A DNA stretch of 64,000 nucleotides from Diplonema japonicum (lineage: Eukaryota; Protista; Euglenozoa: Diplonemea), in the NCBI GenBank assembly GCA_964019335.1, contig OZ025656.1:558001-622000 (forward strand), written 5' to 3'. Under the pieces are notes generated by a model. It searched no databases. It saw only the letters and a program-made list of their open reading frames with translations, and was not told the DNA's origin. The translations under genes and the position numbers were made by a program. Every line of letters begins with the position of its first letter. Within the stretch, counting starts at the first letter, position 1. This document shows, one piece after another, positions 32,461 to 44,083 of this stretch.

Positions 32461-34146
32461 CTTCCCTCCCTTCCCCCCTTTTCTCCTCCCCTTTTTTCAA
32501 AAGGTTATATTTTTTTTTTTTTTTTTTTTTTGTTTTTTGGAGGGAATGAAGAGCGGGGAAAAGCAAAACAAAAAACCAAAAAAAAAAAAAAAGTATGGCT
32601 GAACGAAACAAAAAAAAAAAAAGAAAATAAACCCCCCTCGAGAACAAGAAGATCATCAACTTTTTTTTTCTTTTTTCTTGTTTCAGAAACAGGAGGATGA
32701 GATACGACAAGGGGTGGTGGACTAACAGAAAAAGAAATAGCAAAAGAAGAAGGTTCTAAAAAAAAGGGGGGGGGGAAATAACAAACGAATGTGGTTTGCT
32801 CATGGACAACTGATTTTTTTTTTACAAAAAAAAAGAAGAAAAAGGAAAGCGATGTGAAGAGATCATCTAAAGGGCAAGGGAAATAATGTGGATAGAGGAA
32901 AGAAAGGAAACAAAGAAAAAAGAAGGGGAAAACAAAAAGAATATTTTTTACAGTTTCTCCATCATTACCCTTATATTTTTTTTTTTTTTATAGGCTTTTC
33001 TGTCCTCCTTTTTATTACTTTTTGATATTGCGTGAACGAAAAAAAAAAAAAAAAAAAAAAATGAAAAAGAAAAAGAAAAAGAAAAAACAAAAAAAAAAAG
33101 TCCAATTGACGAAAAACGAGTCACGAAAAAAAAAGAAAACCCCTTTATTTTTTGTTTTACTTTATCCCTCTACCAAAAGGTTTCCCTTGTTATTTTTTTT
33201 AACCTTTCTGTGGAAGCTCATTGTGTACCCTTTACTCTTTTTTTTATATTTTATTATTCATTATTTAGCAGCGTCCATTTCGAGCATCGCGGAGAAAAAA
33301 AAAAAAAAGAAGAAAAAAAGGGAAAAAAAAAAATCTAGTTTTTTGTGGCAAGGGTGCCAAGAGGTCGTTATTTTGTTTGAGAAGAAAAAGGAAAACTGAA
33401 AAAAAAAAAAAAAAAGAAATTGGAAGGGAGAAAAAAAAAAAGAAAAAGAAATTTACATTCGTCGGACCCGTGAGAGTGGCGTGGAAAAAAAAAAAAAGAA
33501 AAAAAGAAAATGAATGAAACAAAAGAAAAAGTGGATACCCAAATTATTTCCTTATTTTTTTTTTTTAAATGAATCTTCCAACTATTTTTTTTTTTTCTCT
33601 TTCAGTATAATTTTCTTCTCAAAACAAATGAAAACGCAAGAAACCAACAGACCTGCCCTTCCCTCCTCCCCCAGCTAGATTACGATAATTTTTTTTTATG
33701 GAGCCCTCTTCTAGTTTCTTTATTTTTTATAGCCTTCCTTACGCCTTTCTTCCTCGTCCCCTTTTCTGTTTTTTTTTTTATTCTCCCCCTTTACCTTCTC
33801 CCTTCCTCTCTGTTTTTTTTCCCCCCCCTCTCTATTTCCCATCGCATCACAAGCCAAAAAAAAAAAAGAAAACGAGTATTTTCTTTCTTTCATTCTTTTT
33901 TTTTTGTTGCAAAATCATCTTATTCAAAAGACTCCGAAATAGCAAAATTCCCACTTATATTTTCCTTTTGTAGAACAGAAGGAGGAAAAAAAAGGCTTTT
34001 TTTTCATCTTTTCCCCCCTATTTTTCCGTTGGGCTGGCTGCTTTTTTTTTATATATTCCAGTTGAGATTCAATTCCATAAAAGAAGAAAAAAAAAAAAAA
34101 AAACAAAAAGAAAACCACACACACAAAAGGAAAAAAAGAAGAAAAA

Positions 34147-34653
34147 ATGGGAAAATCGAAAAAAAAGAAGGAGACCCCTGTGGAGCAGAAAGAGGAGAAA
34201 AAGGAAACGAAAAAAGAAACAAAAAAGGAAACCAAAAAAGAAGCGAAAAAGGAAAAGGTGGTAGTGGAGCAGAAGAAGAAGGTCGCAGAGGAGCAGGGTA
34301 TGAGCGAATTGCAAAAAATGCTGCTCAAGCAAAACATGAAGCTCTTGAATTTTAAGGAGCGCTTCGTTGCCTTCGGCAGGTTCCGGCGGCTTCTCTTGGC
34401 ACCAGAGAACCGGCCTGTTTTCAACAAGTTCGCCATCGCCACTATTTGCATGGTCACGTTGCCTGTTCTCACTTTCTACCTAGCTCTCTCGTACTTTGAA
34501 GAAAACAACTACGGCCAACAGGCTCCTGTTTACGCAGCTTTCGCGTCACTCGCAGCAGTGCAGGTAGTTTCTTTCGGCTACGTCTTTGTAGCAGTGCTAG
34601 AGGAAAACGACCTCAACGCTCAGAAGGAACAGGCGAAGAAAAAGGATGAGTGA
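34147..34653 (+). CDS. VMA21: VMA21-like V-ATPase assembly factor
   Basis: Two TM helices with MVTLP..TFY and YAA..S...VQVV...YV..A..E patterns, and a C-terminal KKDE dilysine ER-retrieval signal. Confidence 0.75.
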   Translation: MGKSKKKKETPVEQKEEKKETKKETKKETKKEAKKEKVVVEQKKKVAEEQGMSELQKMLLKQNMKLLNFKERFVAFGRFRRLLLAPENRPVFNKFAIATICMVTLPVLTFYLALSYFEENNYGQQAPVYAAFASLAAVQVVSFGYVFVAVLEENDLNAQKEQAKKKDE

Positions 34654-34765
34654 AGAAGGAAAGTTTCTTCCCCCCCTTCCCCCAAGTGTACCACCGAAAC
34701 AGAGAAACACAACAACTTTTTTTTTTCCAAGAAAATATTTTCTTTTGTTCATTCCCCCCCATTAG

Positions 34766-35885
34766 ATGCTGCGCCACAGGATACTGAGGAAGATGTCATT
34801 GAAGGTTCACGCGCAGGTGCCCGAGACCGCTGAGAGGATCATCGGGACTCACGATGGGACCTTCCATGCTGACGAGTCGCTTGCGGTGGCGATGCTGAGG
34901 TTGACGAAGGAGTTCAAAGGTGCAGAGGTGCTGAGGACGAGGAACCCCGACCTCCTGGCGAAGTGCAACATCGTTGTGGACGTGGGTGCGAAGTACGACG
35001 CGGATAAGCTGCTCTTCGACCACCACCAGCGTGAGTTCCAGGGCACCATGACCACTGCCTCCAACGAGTACAAGACAAGGCTGTCCAGCGCCGGGTTGGT
35101 GTACAAGCACTACGGCAGGGAGATCATTGCCGGGCTGTGCCCCGAGGCCACGGAAGAGGACATCGAGATCCTCTTTGACAGAGTGTACAGAACCTTCATT
35201 GAGCACATTGACGGCGGCGACAACGGTGTGGAGGCCTACTCTTCCCCGTCGGGCGAGAAGCTCATCCAAAACTACAGCGTGACGACAAGCCTCCCATCCA
35301 GGGTGTCCAACCTCGCCCCGAGGTGGAACCAGCCCACCACACCCGAGTCCTTCAACGAGGGCTTTGTGAAGGCTGTTGAGATCACCGGGGAGAGCTTTTT
35401 GCAATCCGTCGATTACTTCGCGAAGGCCTGGATGCCAGCACGCGACATCGTCGTGAAGTGCATCAAGGACAGGCACAACGTGCACGACTCCGGCAAGATC
35501 CTCAAACTCGACACTTTCTGCCCGTGGCAGGAGCACCTGTTCCAAGTGGAGAAGGACTTGGGTATCGCGGGAGAACTGCTGTACGCACTGTTCCCCGACA
35601 TGAACAAAGGGTGGAGGGTATGCGTACTAACAAACAACCTAAAAAAACCAAACCAGGTACGTGCCATTGGTATTGAAGGCTCTGCGTTCGGTCAACGCAA
35701 GCCATTGCCGTGGAAGGGCCTGAGGGACCAGGAGCTGTCGAAGGAGTCCGGTATCTCTGGGTGCGTCTTCGTTCACGCAGCTGGTATGACGCGAAGTCAC
35801 AACAAACAACACGCTAGGCTTCATCGGTGGTAACGATACGTACGAAGGTGCGCTGCAGATGGCGATTAAGGCCTTGGCCAACTGA
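34766..35885 (+). CDS. MYG1: MYG1 family metal-dependent exonuclease
   Basis: IGTHDGTFHADE, VVDVG..YD...FDHHQ, LSSAGLVYKHYG and WKGLRD.ELS..SGI.GCVFVH. Introns 35618-35656 and 35784-35817 (the latter restores HAAGFIGGN). Confidence 0.95.
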
Positions 35886-35994
35886 AATGATCTAGCTCAT
35901 TCATAGGTTGCTATCAAGAACATATTGCAGGGGTGAGTGTTGATCATGTCTTATTATACCCCCGCACGAACACACCACAAGAAGGGACGATGCA

Positions 35995-37578
35995 ATGCAA
36001 CGGCCGCTATGGGAGACTATGTTGAAAGATGAGGAGTTCAGGAGACTTGTTAAGCTGGAGATCACGCATCTGGAGAGGACAAGTGCAGCATCGTGCAACA
36101 TAGACTGCTACAGGGTGCATGTGAGTGATGGGTTTCTTGAAGGGGCAGTTGTGAAGCGTGCTGTAGTAGCGGTGGAGGGCGGAACCTGCTCATACAACTA
36201 TCTCATGAAAGAGGAGGAAAACAGGGAACGGTTTGAGTTAACGCATGCAATCTCCAGGGAGTCCAAAACAGTCGGGTCCTCCTCTGCAACCTTGCAGCCC
36301 CTCTTGGACAAACTTAGTGCCTCTCTTGACAAAATCCCCAACGTCGTCACCACCCAGCAGAAGGAGTCCGAACACGACATCCTCCTTGACCGTACCTTCC
36401 CGGTCGCGGGTTACCTGTGCTCACCTTGCTGCACTCCCAAGAGGTGCACCAAGACAGACGTCGAAGGCCTTCTCTCTGTTTATCACAACGGGCGTTTCAG
36501 AGGACATTTCATGCCGTCTAAATCACTCCAGCGCCGCAACATCTTCTCAAAGGCCATCACACGCCTTGCTGCCTGCAACAGGATACCCTGCTGGTGTCTG
36601 CAGTGCATCGAGCCCCCCCTCGTCGGCACAAAAACCGGCAATGTTGTGACCTACGACGAATCATGTTTTTCGTCTGCTGTGGACGTGAGGCGACACATCC
36701 CAACACTCAAGGTACAGAGAGTGCTCCAGAAGCTGCACGAGTTGGTGCCCAAGCAGGAGGGCAGGGTCATAGGATCAGAATATCTGAAGCTTGTTCTGCA
36801 AATCACATCGGGGCTTGCTCCGTCGTATCTTGTGCAACAAGACGCAAGCATCGCAGAGGAAGAGCTGTCGCTGTTCATGAAGCAAGGACGAGACAGTGCG
36901 GCGTTCTCGTACTTTTTGGCGGTCGTTGCGTCGTTGTACTTGCCACAGACTGTTTCGGAGGCACAACTCGCAACCTTCTACACGTTACTGTATGAATGGT
37001 GCAAGAACACGCCCCCCTGTGCGGAGCATGCGGTTGTCTCAAAGCGCAGGCTCGATGTGGAATACATGCCTCCGTCCAACGCACTGCCCAAGATGCAGTG
37101 GCACACATTGGCAAGTCCTGTGGTACGGAAAAAGTCGGAAAGTGTGAGTAAAATACCAGGTTTACATGAACTGTTGTCTACACTTACACCTGAATTTGTG
37201 GATTGCTTAGAAGAGGCGAGGATGACCCATCAAATGAACTGCAGGCTGCAAAGGGCTGTACAAGCACCCACACGAGAGTTGTCCGTCTCGCGAAAAGACA
37301 CCCCGCACTTCGCAGCTGGGATGCGTGTCACAGCTGTCAACATCCCAGGGAGCCTTGAGGGCCTCTCGGGCACCGTTCTCGGGACCAGTCGCGACAAGGT
37401 GGTGATTGACTTCGACGCACCATACGGTGATCTCTCTGTGCCTCCGCAGAACGTTAAAACTGCCAGCAGCCAGGTTGCTTCACACGGTGCCACCAGAACG
37501 ATACTGAAAAAGAGGAAGCTGCGGAAGCGCTGTTCCGCAATGTTGCCACATATGAGGGTAAAATGCGCACTCTATTAA
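35995..37578 (+). CDS. Uncharacterised protein with a possible C-terminal KOW/SH3-like module
   Basis: 527-aa ORF. FAAGMRV......LEGLSGTVLG..RDKVVIDFD resembles a KOW/SH3 barrel. Confidence 0.65.
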   Translation: MQRPLWETMLKDEEFRRLVKLEITHLERTSAASCNIDCYRVHVSDGFLEGAVVKRAVVAVEGGTCSYNYLMKEEENRERFELTHAISRESKTVGSSSATLQPLLDKLSASLDKIPNVVTTQQKESEHDILLDRTFPVAGYLCSPCCTPKRCTKTDVEGLLSVYHNGRFRGHFMPSKSLQRRNIFSKAITRLAACNRIPCWCLQCIEPPLVGTKTGNVVTYDESCFSSAVDVRRHIPTLKVQRVLQKLHELVPKQEGRVIGSEYLKLVLQITSGLAPSYLVQQDASIAEEELSLFMKQGRDSAAFSYFLAVVASLYLPQTVSEAQLATFYTLLYEWCKNTPPCAEHAVVSKRRLDVEYMPPSNALPKMQWHTLASPVVRKKSESVSKIPGLHELLSTLTPEFVDCLEEARMTHQMNCRLQRAVQAPTRELSVSRKDTPHFAAGMRVTAVNIPGSLEGLSGTVLGTSRDKVVIDFDAPYGDLSVPPQNVKTASSQVASHGATRTILKKRKLRKRCSAMLPHMRVKCALY

Positions 37579-37615
37579 CATGTTTAAAGCATGCATGCAC
37601 ACAATCAACTTCAGG

Positions 37616-38995
37616 ATGTCTAAGGAGTATGCAGTGCATGTTGCCCCGCGAAGGCAAGCACTGGGCTACAAGGTCATCCGCGAGAGGGTCGTGTTCGATG
37701 TCGACACGCGAGAGGTGATTGAAAACATGCTGGAAAGGCGGAAGGGAGGGGAGGGGGTTTTGGCTGAAAACGCCCCTGCGAGCCCTATCAGACTTCATGG
37801 TGAAAAACGCGAGAACATATCCATCCCGCAGGGGATGAAACTGACGCCGCCCACTGATGAGAGCGAAGAGACGACGCTGCTAGAGGCACGGCTGCACGAG
37901 CAGGTGAAGGCAAGGATGATGAAGGGCCGCAGTGTGTGGTCGCGCAGGGCACCAGAAGTGGATGCCAACAATCTGGGGATAGACGAACTAGTGGCCATGT
38001 TAGAGGCAGGCTCCGCACATGAAGAGACACTGACCACAGAGCCCCTTGCGCACAGTCGCATGACACAATTATCAGAAGTGCAGTCAACAGACTCCGCCCA
38101 GTGCAACTTCAGAAAGCTCATACACAACGTCTTTGCGCCAGGGCAGTCAGCGAGTGGGATAGCACCAAGCAAGCGGGTGTCGCGAATGATAAAGCAGTCC
38201 AGAAAGACCAGTGCCGCTACGCGCACCCGAAGAAAAGAACCGAAGCTCAAGGAACCTGAGCTAGCAACACCGGAAATGGAACCTGAAGAAGGGCCAGACG
38301 AGGTATGGGCGTCGCTCTTCCAGTCTCCTACTTCCGTGGGAGCCGTGAAGTTGGCGACACCGAGACCTGCGTGTGTGCCCCCAATACGGTACCCGGGGAT
38401 GGTGCACGATGAGGAAGGCAACCCGACACTAGAGGGCATCCAGAGAGGGCATAACATTCTCCGATACGAGCCCATCGCATCGAGGCAAGAACACACCGGG
38501 AGATATCATGCAGACGCAGGCGAAGAGCGCACAGAACAAAAGGAACGGCTACGGTACACGGCGGCTAACTCGATTAGATGCAAGGTGCTGGGAATGGGCG
38601 AGGTTGTGAAGCTCCCGCAACCAGCGGAGACGTGGCTGGGTGGACATTACCACTGCGAGAGGGAGCACGGCGACCTCATCGACGAGGCCAGCTGTGATAT
38701 TCAAGAACGCGTGCTGGTGAAGCAGCAGATTAACGAGAGGAAGCTTTTCCTCCAGAAGGCCGCACGTAAGTACAAAGTCTCCCCACGAAGCACGATCCTT
38801 GGCATCCCGTCCGTCAGCAAGTGGCAGCGGATGAACGATAAACTACGAGAGAGTTCCACAACCCACCCGCTGCACAAGGTCATCGGGCTACGCAAGGCTG
38901 CCGAAAGTTATACCCTCACCACGCACGAACGCAAGAAGATGCCTCTCCCGCTGCATCTCGCCTATCGAACCAAGGGTGGCCTCCGAAACTACTAA
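37616..38995 (+). CDS. Uncharacterised, largely low-complexity protein
   Basis: Long ORF with the ATG directly after TTCAG/G. An alternative ATG lies at 37580. Confidence 0.65.
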   Translation: MSKEYAVHVAPRRQALGYKVIRERVVFDVDTREVIENMLERRKGGEGVLAENAPASPIRLHGEKRENISIPQGMKLTPPTDESEETTLLEARLHEQVKARMMKGRSVWSRRAPEVDANNLGIDELVAMLEAGSAHEETLTTEPLAHSRMTQLSEVQSTDSAQCNFRKLIHNVFAPGQSASGIAPSKRVSRMIKQSRKTSAATRTRRKEPKLKEPELATPEMEPEEGPDEVWASLFQSPTSVGAVKLATPRPACVPPIRYPGMVHDEEGNPTLEGIQRGHNILRYEPIASRQEHTGRYHADAGEERTEQKERLRYTAANSIRCKVLGMGEVVKLPQPAETWLGGHYHCEREHGDLIDEASCDIQERVLVKQQINERKLFLQKAARKYKVSPRSTILGIPSVSKWQRMNDKLRESSTTHPLHKVIGLRKAAESYTLTTHERKKMPLPLHLAYRTKGGLRNY

Positions 38996-39195
38996 AATAA
39001 GGACGGCTACATCTTGTCTCATTATTTACCAGTGTCAGTACCTGTGCTCAATGGTTTTCTTTTTTCTTCTTCTGTTCCTCTTCGTTATATTTGCAAGCAG
39101 CCAAAGAACCCTCTAAGATTGGAAGAAGAAGAAGAAAAAAAAACGAAAAATAACAGCACGCACGGGGGTTTAAAAAAAAAGAGAAAAAAGGAAAG

Positions 39196-40937
39196 ATGTC
39201 GGGTCCCTTGTACCTGGGTGTGGACTTGGGTTCGCAGTCCTTGGTATGACACTAAAGACTTTAAGCACTGCCGACCACAGAAATTGTTCATAATCGACGA
39301 CAAGCTGGAGCCCGTGACAGAGGCAAATGTGTCCTTCGACAAGGACCTGCCGCATTATCAGACCACAGGAGGGTTCCACATCAATGGGTATCTTGACTAA
39401 CTAAAATTCATTGCAATGACGATTTTTTCATTTCACACACAGGGCAGCGTTTGACAAAGAAGTGACAGGCCCGACGCTGATGTGGGTGGAAGCACTTGAA
39501 AGGTGCTTCGCGCAGCTCGTGGCCCAGAAGGCGCCCCTTGACCGCGTGGTGGCCATCAGCGGCTCGGCACAGCAACACGGCAGTGTATACTGGAAACGGG
39601 GGGCTCTTCAGGTCCTTCAGGACCTCACCCCCAGCCGTACCCTCACAGAGCAGGTCGCGTCTTGCTTTGTGATCCCCGAGTCTCCTGTCTGGATGGACTC
39701 ATCGACGACTAAGGAGTGTCTGGACCTCGAGACTGATATGGGCGGGCCCAAGAACGTCGCCAGCATCACTGGTTCGCGTGCATTCGAGCGTTTCACAGGC
39801 AACCAGATTGCGAAGCTCCTTCGCACGCAGCCCGACCGCATGGAGCAGTGCGATAGGATCTCCCTTGTCAGCTCCTTCTTGGCATCGCTCCTTGTCGGCG
39901 GGTACGCCCCCATCGACGTCTCGGACGGTTCAGGCATGAACCTCCTGGACATCAAAAGCAGGACATGGTGCCCCAAAATCGTGAACGTCACCGCCTCACG
40001 GTACCCTAAAGGCAGCTACAACCTCTCTTCGAGGCTCGGCGAGGTTGTCGAGAGCTTCACATGCGTGGGGCAAGTGTCGAACTACTTCTCCGCGAGGTTC
40101 GGGCTCCCCGCAACGTGTAAGGTCGTCGCCTTCTCAGGAGACAACAACAACGCATTAATCGGGCTGAAGCTCACTGGGTCGGACATTGCGGTCAGCATGG
40201 GGACCAGCGACACCATCTTTGCGTCTCTGAACAAAGCAACACCCCATGAGGTGGGTCATGTGTTCGCGCACCCTGTGATACAGGGGAACTTCATGGCGAT
40301 GCTGTGCTATGCAAACGGGTCGCTGACCAGGGAGCACATTAGGGATCAGAACGTTGGGAAGGATTGGACGAAGTTCGAGGCGTCGTTGGCAAGAACACCT
40401 GTGGGGAACCATGGGTGCATTGGGTTCTACTTCCTGAACAGGGAGATCATCCCTCAGGGAGGGCATGGAGTGCATACGTTCGATGTGCAAGAGAAAGCGA
40501 AGAAGTTCACGGGTGATGAGCACATCAGGGCAGTGGTTGAGGGGCAGTTCATGTCGATGAGGCTGCACTGTGCTGAGCTGGGGTTGGAGGTCACCCCGAA
40601 GAGCAGGATCTTTGTCACAGGCGGCGGGTCCAGGAGCAATGGTATCTTGCAGGTTCTTGCAGACGTATTTGGTTGCCCCGTACTGAAAGATACAAAGGGA
40701 GCAGTCAACTCTGCAGCATTCGGAGCTGCCCTGCGTGCATGCCACGGTGACAGGCTCCTCAGAGCCGGTCTTACACACGCTGACAGCGAACCCCTTTACT
40801 CCGAGATGGTGGCCTCTCAACAGACTTACCAACTGATGGCATCACCCCGGCAGCAGAATACAGCAATTTACACCAAGATGCTCCCTCGCTATCATGCGCT
40901 TGAGGCACACGTCATGAGCCAAGGAGCGAAGTTGTAA
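39196..40937 (+). CDS. XYLB: Xylulokinase (FGGY family, eukaryotic type)
   Basis: LYLGVDLGSQSL|K, ISGSAQQHGSVYW, WMDSST, GSRAFERFTGNQI, SMGTSDT and VTGGGS. Introns 39244-39280 and 39388-39442. Confidence 0.95.
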
Positions 40938-41362
40938 AAGTGGCCGATATACAAACCTTTACTTCTCCTTTTTTTTTTTTTGTTACTTACACCAGCGAGG
41001 TCTTTTTCTTCTTTCAAATTTTTAAGTGCGTTCCACTCCTCTTTCTCTTTCATGGTTTGCCCCCCTACCACCGGCCCCCTCCTCAATGTTCTTCCTAACG
41101 AATCTCTCCGGTGCCCTTCCCCTTCGAGGGTCAGGTGTTGAAAACCATTCTCTCTAAAGTAGACGACGAACGAAGCGTGATCCAGCAAGGCGCAGAAACA
41201 AAAGGGGGAGGGGCCGGGACCCTACGATCTAGGCAAAACTCAGCAGCGCAAAGGGTCCGACAGCAAGTCAGTGTTAGCCGCTTGTTTGTCGTTATCTTTT
41301 TTCTCTTTTTATTCTTCTTTTTTTCTTTCCAAACCCATGAATTTACACAGCAGGCAGCAAAA

Positions 41363-43315
41363 ATGCCACTGGAGAGTACCCACCTGGACTATGTGGGTGT
41401 GCATTCTGTTCCTCTTCTGGAGGAGTTCATAGAGGGGCATGGCGACACGACGGTGTACTTTTCGAGTAATTTACGAGAGTTGGTGCCGGGGGGTTTGGCG
41501 GTGAATAGGTTGGTACTGCTGACGGACTCTGCAGTGTACAAGGTACCGCAGACAGCTTCGGACACTGGGATCTTCTTTAATTCGCGAACGTCGTTGGCAA
41601 ACCTGACGCAGGTACTTGTGATCGAGGACATGACACCGTGCGTTCAGGTCAACGGCGTCCGGTCCTCGACAGGCGAGCAGACTCTTTTCACTCTCCAGTT
41701 CAGTGATGAGAAGAAGCGCCGCGAGGCCTTGCTCACCCTTTGCCACCTTCTCCCCGACCTCCCGATCCTCCGAAAGAAGAAGATTGACGGGAAGTTCTAC
41801 GACGTCCCCTTCGTCGAGGCCCTTGACCAAGACTATGCCCGCTCCCCCCGCAGCCCACCCCTCACCCTCAACGATGAGGCCAGACGCCAGGAAGCCATCC
41901 GTGATGGCCCGCCCCCCCCGCCTCTCGACGGCAAGAACCCCAGATACATTGAGTTCCTCCTCGACGGGCCCCACGACGAAGCACTCCCCAACCACATCGT
42001 GGCCCCAGCACGGCAGCAGGCACAACAACAAGTTCCGCAATTAGCTTTCTCTCCCAACACCCGTAACATGGAAAATACGCCGCACGTGCAATTCACAGAT
42101 GTGCCTATTGACTACAACTTCGAGAAGCAGAAGACCCTCCTCCGCGAGCAGCTTTTCGACCATGACCTTACTAACCTCAATCTGCGGGCAAGCTTGTCGC
42201 TGCTGTCTGAGGAGGAACAAGTGTCAGATTTCAAAGAAGGTTACCAGACACAGGCAGGGATGCTCGGGAGAAGAAGCGATGATGAGACAATCTCAATCTC
42301 AGCCTCACGCTCTTGTTTCTCGAAAAGCACGCGGAGAAGCGAGGAGGACCCTGAGGCACAGCGCCGAAGATACCTCCAGTTGCAGGAAGAGGAAAGGCAG
42401 CGGCAAGAGAAGGAACGTATGCGGCGAGAGGTTGAGGAGATGTTGTATGACTTGGACTCGAAGATGGAAAGGGCAGTTGCGATAGAGACTGTACGCCAGC
42501 AGAGGACGCATGAGAGGATCCAGGCGAGGCAGAGGAAGAGTGATGCAAGGCTTGCTTCGGCTAGAGATGAGTACAGGAGAACTCGAGAACGACAACTTGA
42601 GATAGAAAACGCAACACGCGAGAAGCACAAGAAGGAACGGGAAGAGCTGTACAAAGCACTGCAGGCACGTGGGCATAACACGTCGACGGTGCCAGTGGCC
42701 ACGCCTGTGAAGCCCGTTGAGCGTGAGTCGGAGTCAACAAAGCTTCAGGACCGCATCTTGCTCGGCCCCCATGCACATGACGAGTACTGCAGGTGGCGGC
42801 AAACAGGAGGATTGCAGGAGGGACAAGGTGCGTGGTCGGAAGCCGATTCTAAAGCGCTCCTTAAGATGCTCAGCAGAACCCTTAGCAAGATGAAGAAGAC
42901 AGGTGAGCGGGGTGACTATATCCGGAGGGTGAAGACCATCGATGGCAACATCAAGCGAGAGCTGCAGATGGTGACAAACTACACCGACAGGACGGAGGTC
43001 CAAAAGAAGGTATGTCAGCAAAGTAACATTTCATACCACGCCTTGCAGAAGGACGTGACGCAGCCAGAACCTTTTAAGCTTTCGACAGCAGGGGACAGGA
43101 GGTTCAAAACATTGACAAGTCAAGATTTCAAAGACGAGTTGAAGGACAGGGACCTCAAAGCGAACGAAACGAAGCAGGCCATGCAGCGCAGCCACATCAA
43201 CGCACAACAGTCGAAGACGGAGGACACGCCGCTCAGTCCTCGTGAGGCGGCGAGACGGCGGGGCATCAAGGCGCAGAAGCGGTCCGTGTCGCGCGACTTC
43301 GGAACCACACGTTAA
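41363..43315 (+). CDS. Protein with an N-terminal PH-like (myosin TH1-type) domain and a coiled coil
   Basis: VYFSS.L.....NRLVLLTDSAVY pattern and an E/R-rich coil. Probable in-frame intron at 43010-43048. Confidence 0.7.
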   Translation: MPLESTHLDYVGVHSVPLLEEFIEGHGDTTVYFSSNLRELVPGGLAVNRLVLLTDSAVYKVPQTASDTGIFFNSRTSLANLTQVLVIEDMTPCVQVNGVRSSTGEQTLFTLQFSDEKKRREALLTLCHLLPDLPILRKKKIDGKFYDVPFVEALDQDYARSPRSPPLTLNDEARRQEAIRDGPPPPPLDGKNPRYIEFLLDGPHDEALPNHIVAPARQQAQQQVPQLAFSPNTRNMENTPHVQFTDVPIDYNFEKQKTLLREQLFDHDLTNLNLRASLSLLSEEEQVSDFKEGYQTQAGMLGRRSDDETISISASRSCFSKSTRRSEEDPEAQRRRYLQLQEEERQRQEKERMRREVEEMLYDLDSKMERAVAIETVRQQRTHERIQARQRKSDARLASARDEYRRTRERQLEIENATREKHKKEREELYKALQARGHNTSTVPVATPVKPVERESESTKLQDRILLGPHAHDEYCRWRQTGGLQEGQGAWSEADSKALLKMLSRTLSKMKKTGERGDYIRRVKTIDGNIKRELQMVTNYTDRTEVQKKVCQQSNISYHALQKDVTQPEPFKLSTAGDRRFKTLTSQDFKDELKDRDLKANETKQAMQRSHINAQQSKTEDTPLSPREAARRRGIKAQKRSVSRDFGTTR

Positions 43316-43507
43316 TGTGTATTTGTATTTGTACAAAAAGACGAAACGCGGAGGAGAATTGTTTGTTGTTTTTCTTTATTAAATATTATAATATTTTTTT
43401 TTACTTGTTCATATCTTTTTGTTGTACTTCCATTGTATTATTATTATTATTTCTTTTTAACCCCTTAACATACCATGTAACTCACTGCAGCCCTGGGGGC
43501 AGCTGCG

Positions 43508-43942
43508 ATGTCGTCGGGGCAGCTCGTCACGTCGAAGAGGGTGCGGTTGGAGTACTACATCGCACCTGGGGTGAGCGTGGCCAACCCTGGTGGGGGGTAT
43601 GAGGTATGCCAAGCTTGAATACACCACCGACTACAGATTGACCCAGATATTTCCCTGGAATTGTTGGGGAAGAGATTTTTGAAGGACGTAAAGGAGCCTG
43701 GTAGCGAGAAGAGCGCAGTAGACGAGCTTCATGTTCAGTGGGCGGTAGTGAGGGGTGACGACGCCCCACAGACATTCGGCTATGCCTCCATGCCTATTTC
43801 TGATACAGGGCTTTTCAAAGCTATCGAGCCTGGCGACCAGCTCGTCCTTGTCCCCGCTGGCAACTCCACTGCCATGATTGGCTTCCAGGAGGTCGCCTGC
43901 CCTGCCAACCTCGACAACCCCGACTGCTGTGTCATATCATAA
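43508..43942 (+). CDS. 133-aa prenylation-motif (CCVIS) protein, possibly ubiquitin-fold
   Basis: Exon 43508-43603, intron 43604-43636 (GTATGC...TACAG, with an in-frame TGA) and exon 43637-43942. Ends in DCCVIS*. Confidence 0.7.
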
Positions 43943-44083
43943 CCAACTTTTACTAGTTGTCGGCCTTCGGGAGAAAGCATGGACGGTAATTGAGACTAGA
44001 TCGAAATATTAAGTTGACTAACGCCATTAGGTTATTCTCCCCTGCCTTGGGTCGCCACCACACCTTAGAGCCTATCTTACCAG

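Noticed and set aside
32335-34140. Poly-Lys and poly-Phe ORFs here and at 16460-17179, 20479-20961 and 60125-62523
   Set aside because: They are translations of A/T homopolymer tracts.
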